The notes beneath the pieces are model-generated. The model saw nothing but the letters and a program-made list of their open reading frames with translations, did no database searches and was not told where the DNA came from. Positions 17,203 to 27,249 of a stretch of 64,000 bases of DNA are shown piece by piece; within the stretch, counting starts at the first letter, position 1; every line of letters begins with the position of its first letter. The position numbers were made by a program, and so were the translations under genes. The stretch spans positions 1,039,466-1,103,465 of the forward strand of contig CBDBMW010000012.1 in the NCBI GenBank assembly GCA_965207595.1, read 5' to 3'. The stretch comes from Vicinamibacterales bacterium (GTDB lineage Bacteria > Acidobacteriota > Vicinamibacteria > Vicinamibacterales > UBA8438).

Positions 17203-18288
17203 ATGGGACTCGATCGGTATGTGACACTCGGCGATTCCGGGTTGCGCGTCAGCCCGTTCTGTCTCGGCGCGATGACCTTCGGCAAGGACTGGGGTTGGGG
17301 CTCGGAAGTCGCCGCGTCGAAAGAGATACTGGCCCGCTACATTGAACTCGGCGGGAACTTCATCGACACGGCGAACGCCTATACGAAGGGGCATTCGGAG
17401 GCGATCATCGGCGACTACGTGCGGGACGGCGGTCTCCGGCGCGGTCGCCTGGTCATCGCCACGAAGTTCTTCGCCAACCTGTACCGCGGCGATCCGAACG
17501 GGGGCGGCGCCAGCCGCAAGTCGCTGACGGCCGCGTGTGACGAATCGTTGCGCCGTCTGCGGACCGACTACATCGACCTCTACTGGATGCACGCCTGGGA
17601 CTGGTTCACGCCCATCGAGGAGACGATGCGCGCGCTCGACGACCTGGTGAGGGCCGGCAAGGTGCGCTACATCGGTTTCTCCGACACGCCCGCGTGGAAG
17701 ACCACGGAGGCGCAGATGCTGGCGCGCTTCCGGGGCTGGACGCCGCTGGTTGCGGTGCAGATCGAGTACTCGCTGCTCGAACGCACCGTCGAGGCCGAGC
17801 TGATCCCCATGGCGCGTGCTCTCGGGATGGGCGTCGCGCCCTGGTCGCCGCTGCGCAGCGGCGCGCTGAGCGGGAAGTACACGCGCGAGAACGCCGCCGC
17901 CGCCAAGCCCGGGCGGGGCAGCGGCGTGACGGACGCTCTCGACGCGCGGGCGTTCGACATCATCGACGAGCTGATCCGCATCGCCGCGGAGCTCGGCACG
18001 ACCCCCGCGGCCGTGGCGCTCGCCTGGGTGCAGGGAAAGCCGGGCGTTACGTCGACCATCATCGGCGCCCGCACGATGGAGCAGCTCGAGCAGAACCTGA
18101 CCGGCCTCGACGTGCAGCTCGCGGCCGAGCACGTGCAGGCCCTCGATCGGTTGTCCGCGCCGGTCCTGCCGTTCCCGTCCCGGATGATGCAGGGTGCGTC
18201 GACCCCCCTGCATTCGGGCGCGACCGTGAACGGGGAGCCGTCCTCGGTCTGGCCCCGGTCGCCCGCGAGCGACGATGAGCGCTACTGA
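17203..18288 (+). CDS. Aldo/keto reductase
   Basis: LGDSGLRVSPFCLGAMTFG, FIDTANAY, LVIATKF, SLRRLRTDYIDLYWMH, QIEYSLLER, PWSPL. Confidence 0.93.
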   Translation: MGLDRYVTLGDSGLRVSPFCLGAMTFGKDWGWGSEVAASKEILARYIELGGNFIDTANAYTKGHSEAIIGDYVRDGGLRRGRLVIATKFFANLYRGDPNGGGASRKSLTAACDESLRRLRTDYIDLYWMHAWDWFTPIEETMRALDDLVRAGKVRYIGFSDTPAWKTTEAQMLARFRGWTPLVAVQIEYSLLERTVEAELIPMARALGMGVAPWSPLRSGALSGKYTRENAAAAKPGRGSGVTDALDARAFDIIDELIRIAAELGTTPAAVALAWVQGKPGVTSTIIGARTMEQLEQNLTGLDVQLAAEHVQALDRLSAPVLPFPSRMMQGASTPLHSGATVNGEPSSVWPRSPASDDERY

Positions 18289-18313
18289 GTGGTCCCAGCC
18301 CAGGAGCACGCCC

Positions 18314-18871
18314 ATGGCCACCACGACGCAAGGCGCCGTCAGGCAGACGTACAAGGACTACTGCGCAACACCCGACGACGAGCGCTACGAGTTGCTCAAC
18401 GGCGATCTGATGATGGTTCCCGCACCGAACATGAGGCACCAGTCGGTGCTATTCAGGCTCGCCCGGAAGCTGGGCGATTTCACCGAAGAACACGGGCTGG
18501 GCAAGGTGTACGTCGCACCCTGCGACGTGGTTCTATCGGACACCGAGGTCGTGCAGCCCGACGTGCTGTTCGTCTCGCGAGCGCGCGAGCACACGCTCAC
18601 GGACGAGAACGTGCGGGGAGCGCCCGACCTCGTGATCGAGATACTCTCGCCGTCCACCGCCGACCGGGACTTGGGCTACAAGCACGACCTGTACGGGAGA
18701 CACGGCGTGCTCGAGTACTGGATCGTCGATCCGGTGGCCGAGACCGTCGCCGTCCACCGGCAGAGGAACGGGAGGCTCGAACTCGCTGATACCTTCGGTC
18801 GCCGGGACACCCTGCGGACGGCGCTGCTCGACGGGCTGCAGCTCGAGCTCGACTACGTCTTTGCGGGATGA
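18314..18871 (+). CDS. Uma2 (DUF820) family PD-(D/E)XK endonuclease-like protein
   Basis: RYELLNG, VVQPDVLFVS, GAPDLVIEILSPST, YGRHGVLEYWIVDP; AGGAG RBS. Confidence 0.92.
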   Translation: MATTTQGAVRQTYKDYCATPDDERYELLNGDLMMVPAPNMRHQSVLFRLARKLGDFTEEHGLGKVYVAPCDVVLSDTEVVQPDVLFVSRAREHTLTDENVRGAPDLVIEILSPSTADRDLGYKHDLYGRHGVLEYWIVDPVAETVAVHRQRNGRLELADTFGRRDTLRTALLDGLQLELDYVFAG

Positions 18872-18934
18872 CCAATCCCGACGCGCGCCCGGCGCCAACC
18901 TGACCTTCCTGACCCCGCCGTCCGTCACGTGCGA

Positions 18935-18985
18935 CCTATTGACATCCGATAGGTGTGGGCCCTAGACTTATGGAAATTCGATAGG
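18935..18985 (+). promoter_or_regulatory. padR promoter with two 19-bp operator palindromes
   Basis: CCTATTG-ACATC-CGATAGG (18935) contains TTGACA; CTTATGG-AAATT-CGATAGG (18967); TAGACT 18 bp after the -35; first site identical at 35919. Confidence 0.75.
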
Positions 18986-19004
18986 TCGTTCCAGGAGCCC
19001 AGCC

Positions 19005-19340
19005 ATGTCCCGCACCGACCTCATGCGCGGCACGCTCGATCTGCTTATCCTGCGCGCGCTCATCACGGGCCCCAATCACGGCCTCGGCATCGCGCGCCGG
19101 GTCGAGCAGATGACGCAGGGGGCGTTCCGCGTCAACCCCGGCTCCCTGTTCCCCGCGCTGCACCGGCTCGACCAGAAGGGCTGGCTGACCGCGACGTGGG
19201 GCCGTTCCGAGACCAATCGGAAGGCGAAGTTCTACGAGCTGACCGCCGCCGGGCGCCGGCAGGCCGTGGCGGAAGTCCGCAACTGGAGGCGAGTCTCGCT
19301 CGCCATCGAGCTGGCGCTCCGCGACGTAGAGGAAGCGTGA
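19005..19340 (+). CDS. PadR-family regulator, Acidobacterial type
   Basis: DLMRGTLDLLILRAL, HGLGIARRVEQ, GSLFPALHRL, RKAKFYELT; coupled to the ADOP gene. Confidence 0.93.
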   Translation: MSRTDLMRGTLDLLILRALITGPNHGLGIARRVEQMTQGAFRVNPGSLFPALHRLDQKGWLTATWGRSETNRKAKFYELTAAGRRQAVAEVRNWRRVSLAIELALRDVEEA

Positions 19341-22057
19341 TGTCCGGCCCCGCGGATCGGCCTGGCGCGGGAGGCGTCGCAAGTCGGCTGCGGAACTTCG
19401 CGGTTCGCCTGGTGAATCTCTTCCGCCGGGAACATCTCGAACGGGAGCTCGATGCGGAGCTGGAGGCCTACCTGGCGCTGGACGTCGAGGAGCGCGTGCG
19501 CCGGGGCATGGCTCCGCGAGAAGCGCGCCGCACCGCGCTCGTGCGCCTGGGGGGCATGGAGATGGTGAAGGAGTTGTGTCGCGACGTGCATCGGGTTCGC
19601 GCCGCCGACCTCGGACGCGACGTGCGGGACGGCGTCCGATCGCTCGCCCGGCGTCCGGCGTTCACCGCGGTCGCGTTGCTCTCGCTCGCGATCGGCATCG
19701 GAGCCAACACCGCCATCTTCAGCCTGGTCAACGCCGTCATCCTCCGCGACACGCCGGTCGAGCGGCCGGAGGAGGTCGTCAACGTCTATCTCCACCAGGC
19801 GTCGTTCGCCCACGGTCCGCTCTCCTATCCCAGCTTCGAGGACGTCCGCGATGGCACCTCGGACGTGTTCAGCCACGTCGCGGCCGCGCAGCTCGTCCCG
19901 GCGCAACTCGACCGCGCGGGCGGGGGCGTGGAGATGGTCCTCGCCGAGGCCGTCACCGGCGACTACCTCCCCATGCTGGGGGTCGAAGCCGCGCTCGGGC
20001 GCACCCTGCTGCCGAGCGACGACGTCTCTCCCGGCGGCCATCCGGTGGCGATGCTGGACTACCAGTACTGGCAGAGCGCCTTCGGCGGCGACCCGGACGC
20101 CGTGGGCAGCGAGATGCGCATCGCCGGCCGGGCGTACACGGTGGTCGGCGTGGGGCCGCCCGACTTCGCGGGCACGATGCGCGGCCTCGCACCGGCGTTC
20201 TATGCGCCGTCCGTGATGGCGGAGGAGCTTCTCGGCGCCCGCCTGTTCGACGCGAGGGGCGGCCAGGTGCTGTTCGTCAAGGCGCGGCTGCGGCCGGGGG
20301 CAACGCTGCCGCAGGCCGAGGCCGCCGTCGGGGCGGTGGCCGCACAGCTCACCCGGGACCGCATCGAGCACTGGGACCCGGCCGGGCAGTTCGTGGTCCT
20401 GCCGCTCACCGACGTGCTGCTCTTCCCGCCGATCGACATCTTCATCCGGCCCGCGGCGGGACTGCTGATGGCGGTCGTGGCGCTGGTCCTGCTGCTGGCG
20501 TGCACCAACCTCGCCAGCTTCCTGCTGGCGCGGGCGCTCGACCGGCGCAAGGAGGTCGCGGTGCGTCTGGCGCTCGGCGCGTCGCGCGGATCCCTGGTGC
20601 GGCGGCTGCTGACCGAGACCACGCTGCTGAGCCTGCTGGCCGGGGCCGCGGGCACGGGGCTCGCGGTCTGGCTGCTCCACCTGCTGGCCACGGCCGACCT
20701 CCCGCTGCCGATCCCCGTCGCGCTCGATCTCCGTCTCGACCGGAACGTCCTCGCGTTCACGCTCGGCGTCTCGGTCGTGGCCGGAACCCTGCTGGGCCTG
20801 GTGCCGGCGCTGCAGAGCACCCGGCCGGACGTCTCCGGCGCCCTCCGGAGCGAGAGCTCGGGCGGGGGGCAGCCCGGCCAGCTCCGGTGGCGCAACGTAC
20901 TGGTCGTCGCACAGCTCACGATCTCGCTCGTGCTGCTCGTCGGGGCCGGCCTCTTCCTGCGCAGCTTCCAGCAGGTGCAGTCGGTCGACCCCGGCTTCGG
21001 ACGCGAGCCGAGCGCCATCCTCACCTTCCTGACGCCGGCCACCCGGTTCACGCCCGACGAGGCGCGCGTCTACACGCGGCGCCTGCTCGACCGCTTCCGC
21101 GAGCTGCCGGGCGTCGACGCGGTCGGCGCCATCAGCCGCCTCCACCTGGACCCGCTCACCCAGAGCACGAGCGACTTCAACGTCGCCGCCGTCGAACCGC
21201 CGACCGATCACGGCGCCTTCCACGCGGACCAGGCCCAGGTGGACCTCGGGTTCTTCGAGGCGGCCGGCATCGAGATCGTCCGCGGCCGCAGCTTCAGCGA
21301 CGCCGACCGGGCGGACACGCAACCCGTGGCGATCATCAGCGAAGCCATGGCCGGGCGCTTCTGGGAGGACGGCGACGCCGTCGGCCGGCTGGTGCGGCCG
21401 CGCGGCGACGAGAGATCCCCCTGGCTGGTCGTCGGCGTCGCCAGCGACGCCAAGGTGCGGACGCTCGGCGAGGCGCCGCGCAACATGATCTACCTCCCCT
21501 ACTCGCAGCGGCTCACGCGGTCGCTGACGGTCGTGGCCCGGACGTCGATGGACCCCCAGCAGACAGCGCTCGCGCTCCTGACGGCCGGGCGCGAGGTCGA
21601 CCCCGACCTGTGGGTCCTCGCGTCGAAGACGATGGACCGCCACCTCGCGGTGATGCGCTTGCCGCAACAGCTCTCCGCGTTCGTCCTGTCCGCCTTCGGG
21701 GTGCTGGCGCTCACGCTCGCTGCGGTCGGCCTCTACGGCGTGGTCAGCTACGCCGTCTCCCAGCGCACGCGCGAGGTCGGCATTCGCATGGCGCTCGGCG
21801 CCGACGGAGCGCGCGTCGTGCGGATGCTCGTCGCGGGCGGCCTCAGGCTGGTGGTCATCGGCGGCGCGCTCGGGCTGGCCCTCGCCGTCGTTGCCGCGCG
21901 CCTCCTGGGCGGGCTGCTGTTCGAGGTCGATACGCTCGACCCGCTGACGTTCGTCGGCGTGCCGCTGGTCCTCGCCGCCGCGGCCTTCGTCGCGGCCTGG
22001 CTGCCGGCCCGCCGCGCCAGCCGGGTCCATCCGGTCACCGCGCTCCGGACCGACTGA
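19340..22057 (+). CDS. ADOP-family duplicated ABC permease with N-terminal prefix domain
   Basis: LERELDAELEAYL...RRGMAPREARRTAL prefix followed by ADOP motifs; TGATG coupling to padR. Confidence 0.93.
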   Translation: MSGPADRPGAGGVASRLRNFAVRLVNLFRREHLERELDAELEAYLALDVEERVRRGMAPREARRTALVRLGGMEMVKELCRDVHRVRAADLGRDVRDGVRSLARRPAFTAVALLSLAIGIGANTAIFSLVNAVILRDTPVERPEEVVNVYLHQASFAHGPLSYPSFEDVRDGTSDVFSHVAAAQLVPAQLDRAGGGVEMVLAEAVTGDYLPMLGVEAALGRTLLPSDDVSPGGHPVAMLDYQYWQSAFGGDPDAVGSEMRIAGRAYTVVGVGPPDFAGTMRGLAPAFYAPSVMAEELLGARLFDARGGQVLFVKARLRPGATLPQAEAAVGAVAAQLTRDRIEHWDPAGQFVVLPLTDVLLFPPIDIFIRPAAGLLMAVVALVLLLACTNLASFLLARALDRRKEVAVRLALGASRGSLVRRLLTETTLLSLLAGAAGTGLAVWLLHLLATADLPLPIPVALDLRLDRNVLAFTLGVSVVAGTLLGLVPALQSTRPDVSGALRSESSGGGQPGQLRWRNVLVVAQLTISLVLLVGAGLFLRSFQQVQSVDPGFGREPSAILTFLTPATRFTPDEARVYTRRLLDRFRELPGVDAVGAISRLHLDPLTQSTSDFNVAAVEPPTDHGAFHADQAQVDLGFFEAAGIEIVRGRSFSDADRADTQPVAIISEAMAGRFWEDGDAVGRLVRPRGDERSPWLVVGVASDAKVRTLGEAPRNMIYLPYSQRLTRSLTVVARTSMDPQQTALALLTAGREVDPDLWVLASKTMDRHLAVMRLPQQLSAFVLSAFGVLALTLAAVGLYGVVSYAVSQRTREVGIRMALGADGARVVRMLVAGGLRLVVIGGALGLALAVVAARLLGGLLFEVDTLDPLTFVGVPLVLAAAAFVAAWLPARRASRVHPVTALRTD

Positions 22058-22823
22058 CGGGTGCGATCAGGTCGACGAGGTTCTCGCGAAAGCGGCGGCT
22101 GAGTCGCAGCTCGCCTCCGTCGGCGAGCACGACCCGATAGTCGTTGTGAGACCAGGGCCGGACCGTCCGCACACGGTCGACGTTGACGACCACGGAACGG
22201 TGAATGCGGGCAAAGTACCGCGGGTCGAGCTGCTCCACCAGGCCGGCCAGGCTCTCTCGCAGGAGATGGGTCTCACGGCCGACGTGCAGCTCGACGTAGT
22301 TGCCGGCGGCTCCGATCCAATCGATGCTGGTCACCGGTATGACGCGCAGCTGTTTGCCGGCGCGCACCCCGATGCGTGTCCGGTACCGGCGTTTCCTGGC
22401 GACCGTCTCCAGCAATCCGGCGAGGCGTTCGCGCAGGTCGCCTGCCGACTTCTCCCTGAGGCCGGCACGAACCCGATCCAGAGCCTGCGCGAAGCGTTGC
22501 TGGTCGAACGGTTTGAGCAGGTAGTCGGTCGCGTGCACTTCGAACGCTCGGAGCGCGTACTTGTCGTACGCCGTGGTGAAGACGACGTGAGGACGCTCGC
22601 CGTCTTGCAGCTGCCCCAGGACGTCGAATCCGCTCAGCCCCGGCATCCGAATGTCCAGAAACGCTGCGGCCGGACGCTCTCGACGCAGCAGCTCCACGGC
22701 TTCCCGGCCGTCCCCGGCGTCACCCACCAGGTTGAAGTCGCTGTGGCTCTCCAACAGGCCGACCACCTTGCGACGGGCTGGAACCTCGTCATCGACGACG
22801 ACGGTGCGGATCCCCTCCGTCAA
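22035..22823 (-). CDS. LytTR-family response regulator
   Basis: VVDDEVPAR, FLDIRMPGLSG, FTTAYDKYALRAFEVHATDYLLKP, FARIHRSVVVN. Confidence 0.93.
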   Translation of the reverse strand: MTEGIRTVVVDDEVPARRKVVGLLESHSDFNLVGDAGDGREAVELLRRERPAAAFLDIRMPGLSGFDVLGQLQDGERPHVVFTTAYDKYALRAFEVHATDYLLKPFDQQRFAQALDRVRAGLREKSAGDLRERLAGLLETVARKRRYRTRIGVRAGKQLRVIPVTSIDWIGAAGNYVELHVGRETHLLRESLAGLVEQLDPRYFARIHRSVVVNVDRVRTVRPWSHNDYRVVLADGGELRLSRRFRENLVDLIAPVSRSGAR

Positions 22824-23911
22824 CCTGAAGACTCCTCCCTGCGTGCCGGAACCTCGATCGTGACTCGCAGGCCCCCGCCCTCGCGGTTCGCCAGATCGAA
22901 CCGGTGGCGGTCGCCGTACACCAGCCTCAGTCGAGCCGCGGTGTTCCCCAAACCCGTACCCCGAGACCCCTCGTCGTCGGCAGGCTCGACGCCCGGGCCA
23001 TTGTCCTGGACCGTAAGTGCGAGGTTGTTACCCCGCAGACGTCCCAGGACCTCCAGCTTTCCTCCCGCCCGCCGGTGGGCAAGTCCGTGCTCGAAGGCGT
23101 TTTCCGCGAGTGGTTGCAGAAGGAAGCCCGGAACGAGGACGCCTCCTGCGTCGCGATCGACATCGACGGTGACTTCAACGGACCTTCCGAACCGGCTCTG
23201 CATGATCTCGAGGTAGGTCTTCAACGACTGCACTTCCTCGACCAACGGAATCGTCGCTCGGGTCGAGGAATCGAGGGCCCTGCGCAGCAGATCGCTCAGC
23301 TTGCGAAGCATCGTGTCGGCGCGCTCGGCGCTCTCGTACATCACGGAGGAGATGGTATTGAGCGTGTTGAACAGGAAATGCGGATTGAGTTGTCCGCGAA
23401 GATTGCCCAGCCTGGCTTCCGCGAGACTCCGCCGCAAGTGCTCAGCCTGCAGCTCACCGTCCCGATGCCGATCGTAATAGTTGAACCCCAACGTGCACAT
23501 TACAATCGTCCCATAGAGCGGAACGTCCTGAAGGAACTCGTAGAGTAGCTGACTGACGAAGCCGCCGCGCGCGAAGTCGTAGTCGCGGTCCATCATCCAG
23601 TAGACGCCCTCACGCATCGCCACCATCCCGCCCGTGTGCGCGAGCGAGAACATCGCGAGAAGCACGATGTGACTCGAAGCGGCCAGTATCCAGTCTGGCC
23701 GGGCAATCGGAATGCGGAGCGTACTGAAGACCACGAGTGGGCAGACCATGCCGACGGCGTAGAGACTGGTCATCGACCAGACGATCGGTTCCCACGAGGG
23801 GATGGACGGATCGATGCGCGCGGTCTCGATCACCGCCGCACCGGCCCCCAGCAGACCCAATACGCTCCAGAAGGCGAAGTACACGGACCAGCGTACGGTG
23901 CGGCGAGGCAT
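22820..23911 (-). CDS. LytS/YehU-type sensor histidine kinase
   Basis: N-terminal TM helices, QLNPHFLFNTLNTI, LQPLAENAFEHG, VQDNGPG, GTGLGN. Confidence 0.92.
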   Translation of the reverse strand: MPRRTVRWSVYFAFWSVLGLLGAGAAVIETARIDPSIPSWEPIVWSMTSLYAVGMVCPLVVFSTLRIPIARPDWILAASSHIVLLAMFSLAHTGGMVAMREGVYWMMDRDYDFARGGFVSQLLYEFLQDVPLYGTIVMCTLGFNYYDRHRDGELQAEHLRRSLAEARLGNLRGQLNPHFLFNTLNTISSVMYESAERADTMLRKLSDLLRRALDSSTRATIPLVEEVQSLKTYLEIMQSRFGRSVEVTVDVDRDAGGVLVPGFLLQPLAENAFEHGLAHRRAGGKLEVLGRLRGNNLALTVQDNGPGVEPADDEGSRGTGLGNTAARLRLVYGDRHRFDLANREGGGLRVTIEVPARREESSG

Positions 23912-23990
23912 CCTCTCATCATACAGACAGAAGCTCGTCGAGCCCTTCACCGCGTGCACGTGGCATTGAGACGGAGACCTCGACAGACGG

Positions 23991-26015
23991 TTACGGAAGG
24001 CGGAAGGCGACAAGCGCGTCTCCGACGGGATCGGGATCGTCGCCCGGATCTCCGGCCGTCACCACGACGTACTGGCGGCCATTCGCCGGAGCCCTGTACG
24101 TCATCGGGGTAGCCTGGGCAGCGGCCGGAAGGTGGCCTCGCCACAGCTCGGCGCCGGTATCACTGTCCAGGGCGCGAAGAGTGCGGTCGGCCGCTCCGGA
24201 CACGAAGACCAGGTCGCCGGCCGTCGCGATGGCTCCGCCCAGAGTCGCGGAGGCCGACGACGTCTCCCAGACGATACGCCCCGCGTTCAGATCTACGGCA
24301 GCGGTCCTGCCCTCCGACAGACAGGCGCGGCCGGTCTCGGAGCGGAGCAATGAACGGCTCATGCCGTACGGGGTACCGTGTTGCGCCGTGAACTGCGCGG
24401 GGCCAGGGTGTCGAGCGCAGCAGCGGCAGATACCGCACCACCACGAGCCGACCCTGGATGCGACGGCCAGGCGATCGTACTCGTACCTGGGATGAAGGCG
24501 TACCCAGAACGGGAGGTAGTTGATGTTGACGAACATGACCGAGCGTCGAGGGTCCACCGCGGCGCTCCCCCAATTGACCGCTCCTCCGTACCCGGGATAG
24601 AGCAAGGTCCCCTCGAAACTCGGCGGCGTGAATGGGCCGTCGTGCCGCAGGGCGGCGAGTTGTGCGCGACAACTCGCCCGGTCGGGTCCGTCGAGGCCTT
24701 CGAGGTCGGCCGCGGTCAGCGCCGTCGGATGGAGAGGGGGAGGCAACACTGGAAAGGGTTGGGTCGGTGACAGCATCTCACCGGGAACATCGCTGGCGGG
24801 CACGGGACGCTCCTCGACCGGAAACAACGGTTCGCCGGTGGTGCGGTGCAGTACGAAGACATGACCCATCTTCGTGTTGACGACGACCGCCGGCACAGGC
24901 TCGGCCCGCTGCAGCGTCGTCAGCACCGGCTGCGAGGCTACGTCGTAGTCCCAGACGTCGTGGTGCACCACCTGGAAGTGCCAGACGACCTCGCCCGTGG
25001 AGGCTCGCAGCGCCACTACGCTGTTGGCGAACAGATTGTCGCCAGGCCGCTCGCCGCCGTAGAAGTCGGGCGCCGGGCTCCCGGTCGGAACGAAGACGAG
25101 ATCGCGTGCCGGATCGGCAGACATGACCGTCCACGCGTTGGCCGCGCCGGTGATCGCCGCAGCGTCGGGGGACCAGGAATCCCACTCGGGGTGATCGGCA
25201 CGTCTGGGGATTGGATCGAACGACCAGATCAGGTCTCCCGATCGGGCGTCGAATCCGCGGACGGTGCCTCGCTCGACCTGAACTCGTCGGTTGTCGCCGA
25301 TGGCCGACCCGACGACGACGACGCGTCCAACGACCGCTGGCGGAGAGGTCACCTGGTACTCGCCGACTTCCACGCGTCCGACGCCGGCCGTCAGGTCGAC
25401 GTAGCCGCCACGCCCGAATCCGAGGCAGGGCGCGCCGTTGTCCGCGTCGACGGCGAGGAGCCGCGCATCGAGGGTAGCGAACAGAACGCGGCTCGCACAC
25501 GGTTGGGAGGACGCGGGAAGCTCGTCCTGCCATGCCGCGACGCCGCGCGATACGAGGGATTCGGAGTACGGTTCGTAGAGGTCGATCTCCGGGTCGTACG
25601 ACCACACCTCCCGTCCCGTCGCGGGGTCGAGGGCGATGACCCGGTTGAAGGGCGTGCTGAAGATCAGCTTCCCCGCGAACAGGATCGGCGTGGCTTGGAA
25701 CTTCGACTCCCGCATTCTGTTGGAACCGTCGGAGTAGTCGCCCGTCCGGTACTCCCACGCCACCTCGAGACGCGCCACATTGTCCCGGTTGATTTCGTGG
25801 AGCGCCGAGTACCGCGAGCCGCCGGCATCGCCACCGTAGTATTGCCAGCCTCCCTCCTCGGCTGCGTCGCCGTTCTCCGGTGCCGACGGGTGGAGTCGCG
25901 CCGCGGAGGACGCGGTCGGCAGCGGCGTCGACACCGGATTCGTGTCGACTCCGGGAGCGGCCCGGTCGGGAGTACACCCGAAGGCGGACAGGAGAACGAA
26001 GGTCGTCGCGTACAC
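23991..26015 (-). CDS. PQQ-dependent dehydrogenase (quinoprotein GDH-like), possible lipoprotein
   Basis: WQYYGGDAGGSRYS, FQATPIL, WHFQVVHHDVWDYD, SPTQPFP; LSAFGC lipobox-like N-terminus; start codon uncertain. Confidence 0.88.
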   Translation of the reverse strand: MYATTFVLLSAFGCTPDRAAPGVDTNPVSTPLPTASSAARLHPSAPENGDAAEEGGWQYYGGDAGGSRYSALHEINRDNVARLEVAWEYRTGDYSDGSNRMRESKFQATPILFAGKLIFSTPFNRVIALDPATGREVWSYDPEIDLYEPYSESLVSRGVAAWQDELPASSQPCASRVLFATLDARLLAVDADNGAPCLGFGRGGYVDLTAGVGRVEVGEYQVTSPPAVVGRVVVVGSAIGDNRRVQVERGTVRGFDARSGDLIWSFDPIPRRADHPEWDSWSPDAAAITGAANAWTVMSADPARDLVFVPTGSPAPDFYGGERPGDNLFANSVVALRASTGEVVWHFQVVHHDVWDYDVASQPVLTTLQRAEPVPAVVVNTKMGHVFVLHRTTGEPLFPVEERPVPASDVPGEMLSPTQPFPVLPPPLHPTALTAADLEGLDGPDRASCRAQLAALRHDGPFTPPSFEGTLLYPGYGGAVNWGSAAVDPRRSVMFVNINYLPFWVRLHPRYEYDRLAVASRVGSWWCGICRCCARHPGPAQFTAQHGTPYGMSRSLLRSETGRACLSEGRTAAVDLNAGRIVWETSSASATLGGAIATAGDLVFVSGAADRTLRALDSDTGAELWRGHLPAAAQATPMTYRAPANGRQYVVVTAGDPGDDPDPVGDALVAFRLP

Positions 26016-26220
26016 CGCTCGCGTTGCTCTATCCAGTTGCCTGCTCCTTCATCTCGTACCAGCTCAAGCGGGCACAGCCAACCACCGCGGACCCGGGGAA
26101 CACAAGGCCCTTGGGACGAGCGGGGGATACGGAGACGCAGGCGGGAAGGAGTACGGCCTTCGACGACCGCACGCGATTCCCGGCGCGGAGGAGCACGCCG
26201 GTGCCAGCTTGACCGGCCGA

Positions 26221-26446
26221 GTCCTGCAGGTGGAAGTGCAGGTGCGGTTCGGCGCTGTGGCCCGTGTGACCGCAGCGGCCGAGGACCTGGCCTCGCTCTA
26301 CACACGACCGCCCAACCGCACCCGAGCAGCAGCACGACCGCCAACGCCTGGTGGCTGTACAGACCGACGAGACGCAGGGAGAACAGGCCCACGACGCCCA
26401 GCAGCGTGAGCAGGGTCGTGAGGATCGCGTAAGCGCCGAGGTTCAT
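26221..26446 (-). pseudogene. Remnant: hydrophobic segment joined out of frame to the C-terminus of an M23 peptidase
   Basis: MNLGAYAILTTLL... then, after a frameshift near 26300, VERGQVLGRCGHTGHSAEPHLHFHLQD (M23 HxH motif). Confidence 0.6.
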
Positions 26447-26476
26447 CAGCGGATCATAAGTGAGCCGCTCGGACCG

Positions 26477-26872
26477 TCACGATTGCGGTTTCTCCTCCTG
26501 GATCTGGATCAGGTTGCCGCACGAATCGTCGAATACCGCGGCAATGACGGTCCCGAGGTCTGTCGGCGGCTGTACGAATCGCACGCCTCTTGCCGTGAGG
26601 CGCTCGTGCTCGGCCTTGACGTCGTCGACCGCGAAGGCGGTCCAGGGAATACCGTCCTCGACGAGCGCCTTCTTGAACGGACGCGCCGCGGGATGGGCAT
26701 CAGGCTCGAGCCCGAGCTGCGCCCCCTCCGGAGCTTCCTGGGATACGACGGTGATCCAGGCATGCTCGCCCAGGGGAATGTTGTGCTTCAACTGGAAGCC
26801 GAGCGTTTCCGTGTAGAAACGAAGTGCCTTCTGCTGGTCGTCCACCATGACGCTGACGCCGATGATTCTCAT
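26477..26872 (-). CDS. VOC family protein, copy 2
   Basis: MRIIGVSVMVDDQQKALRFY...DDSCGNLIQIQE; 4-bp overlap with arsR. Confidence 0.92.
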   Translation of the reverse strand: MRIIGVSVMVDDQQKALRFYTETLGFQLKHNIPLGEHAWITVVSQEAPEGAQLGLEPDAHPAARPFKKALVEDGIPWTAFAVDDVKAEHERLTARGVRFVQPPTDLGTVIAAVFDDSCGNLIQIQEEKPQS

Positions 26873-27159
26873 CCTTCAAGTGTCCTTTCATCCGTCGAGA
26901 TCGGCCAACGCTCCACGATGGCCTTCAGCGGGCCGCCCACGAACCAATGGAGCTTCGACCTCCCCTCGCGCCTCGTGCGAATCAGCCCGGCGGCCTCCAG
27001 GACGTCCAGGTGCTGCGTGATCGCCTGGCGTGAGGATTCGATGCCGTGCTTCATGGTCAGGCGTCCGCAGATCTCGAAGAGCGATTGCCCTGACCGATCG
27101 ACGAGCTCATCCAGGATGGCTCGCCTCGTCGGGTCGGCGATTGCGCGATACACGTCCAT
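26869..27159 (-). CDS. ArsR/SmtB-family HTH regulator
   Basis: MDVYRAIADPTRRAILDEL...SRQAITQHLDVLEAAGLIRTRREGR. Confidence 0.9.
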   Translation of the reverse strand: MDVYRAIADPTRRAILDELVDRSGQSLFEICGRLTMKHGIESSRQAITQHLDVLEAAGLIRTRREGRSKLHWFVGGPLKAIVERWPISTDERTLEG

Positions 27160-27174
27160 AGGCGGCTGGTCCCA

Positions 27175-27231
27175 GGCAAGCGTTCGCTTGCCTGGCCGGC
27201 GATGATACGCAAGTGCATGCTTGCGTGTCAA
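27175..27231 (-). promoter_or_regulatory. arsR-VOC promoter with two operator palindromes
   Basis: TTGACA(27231-27226)-18 bp-TATCAT(27207-27202); spacer CGCAAGCATGCACTTGCG; GGCAAGC-N4-GCTTGCC at 27175-27192. Confidence 0.8.
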
Positions 27232-27249
27232 CTGCCCGGGAGCGCCCTC

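Noticed and set aside
22035-22057. 23-bp convergent overlap of the ADOP and LytTR genes
   Set aside because: Short tail-to-tail overlaps are common in GC-rich genomes; no evidence of a regulatory role
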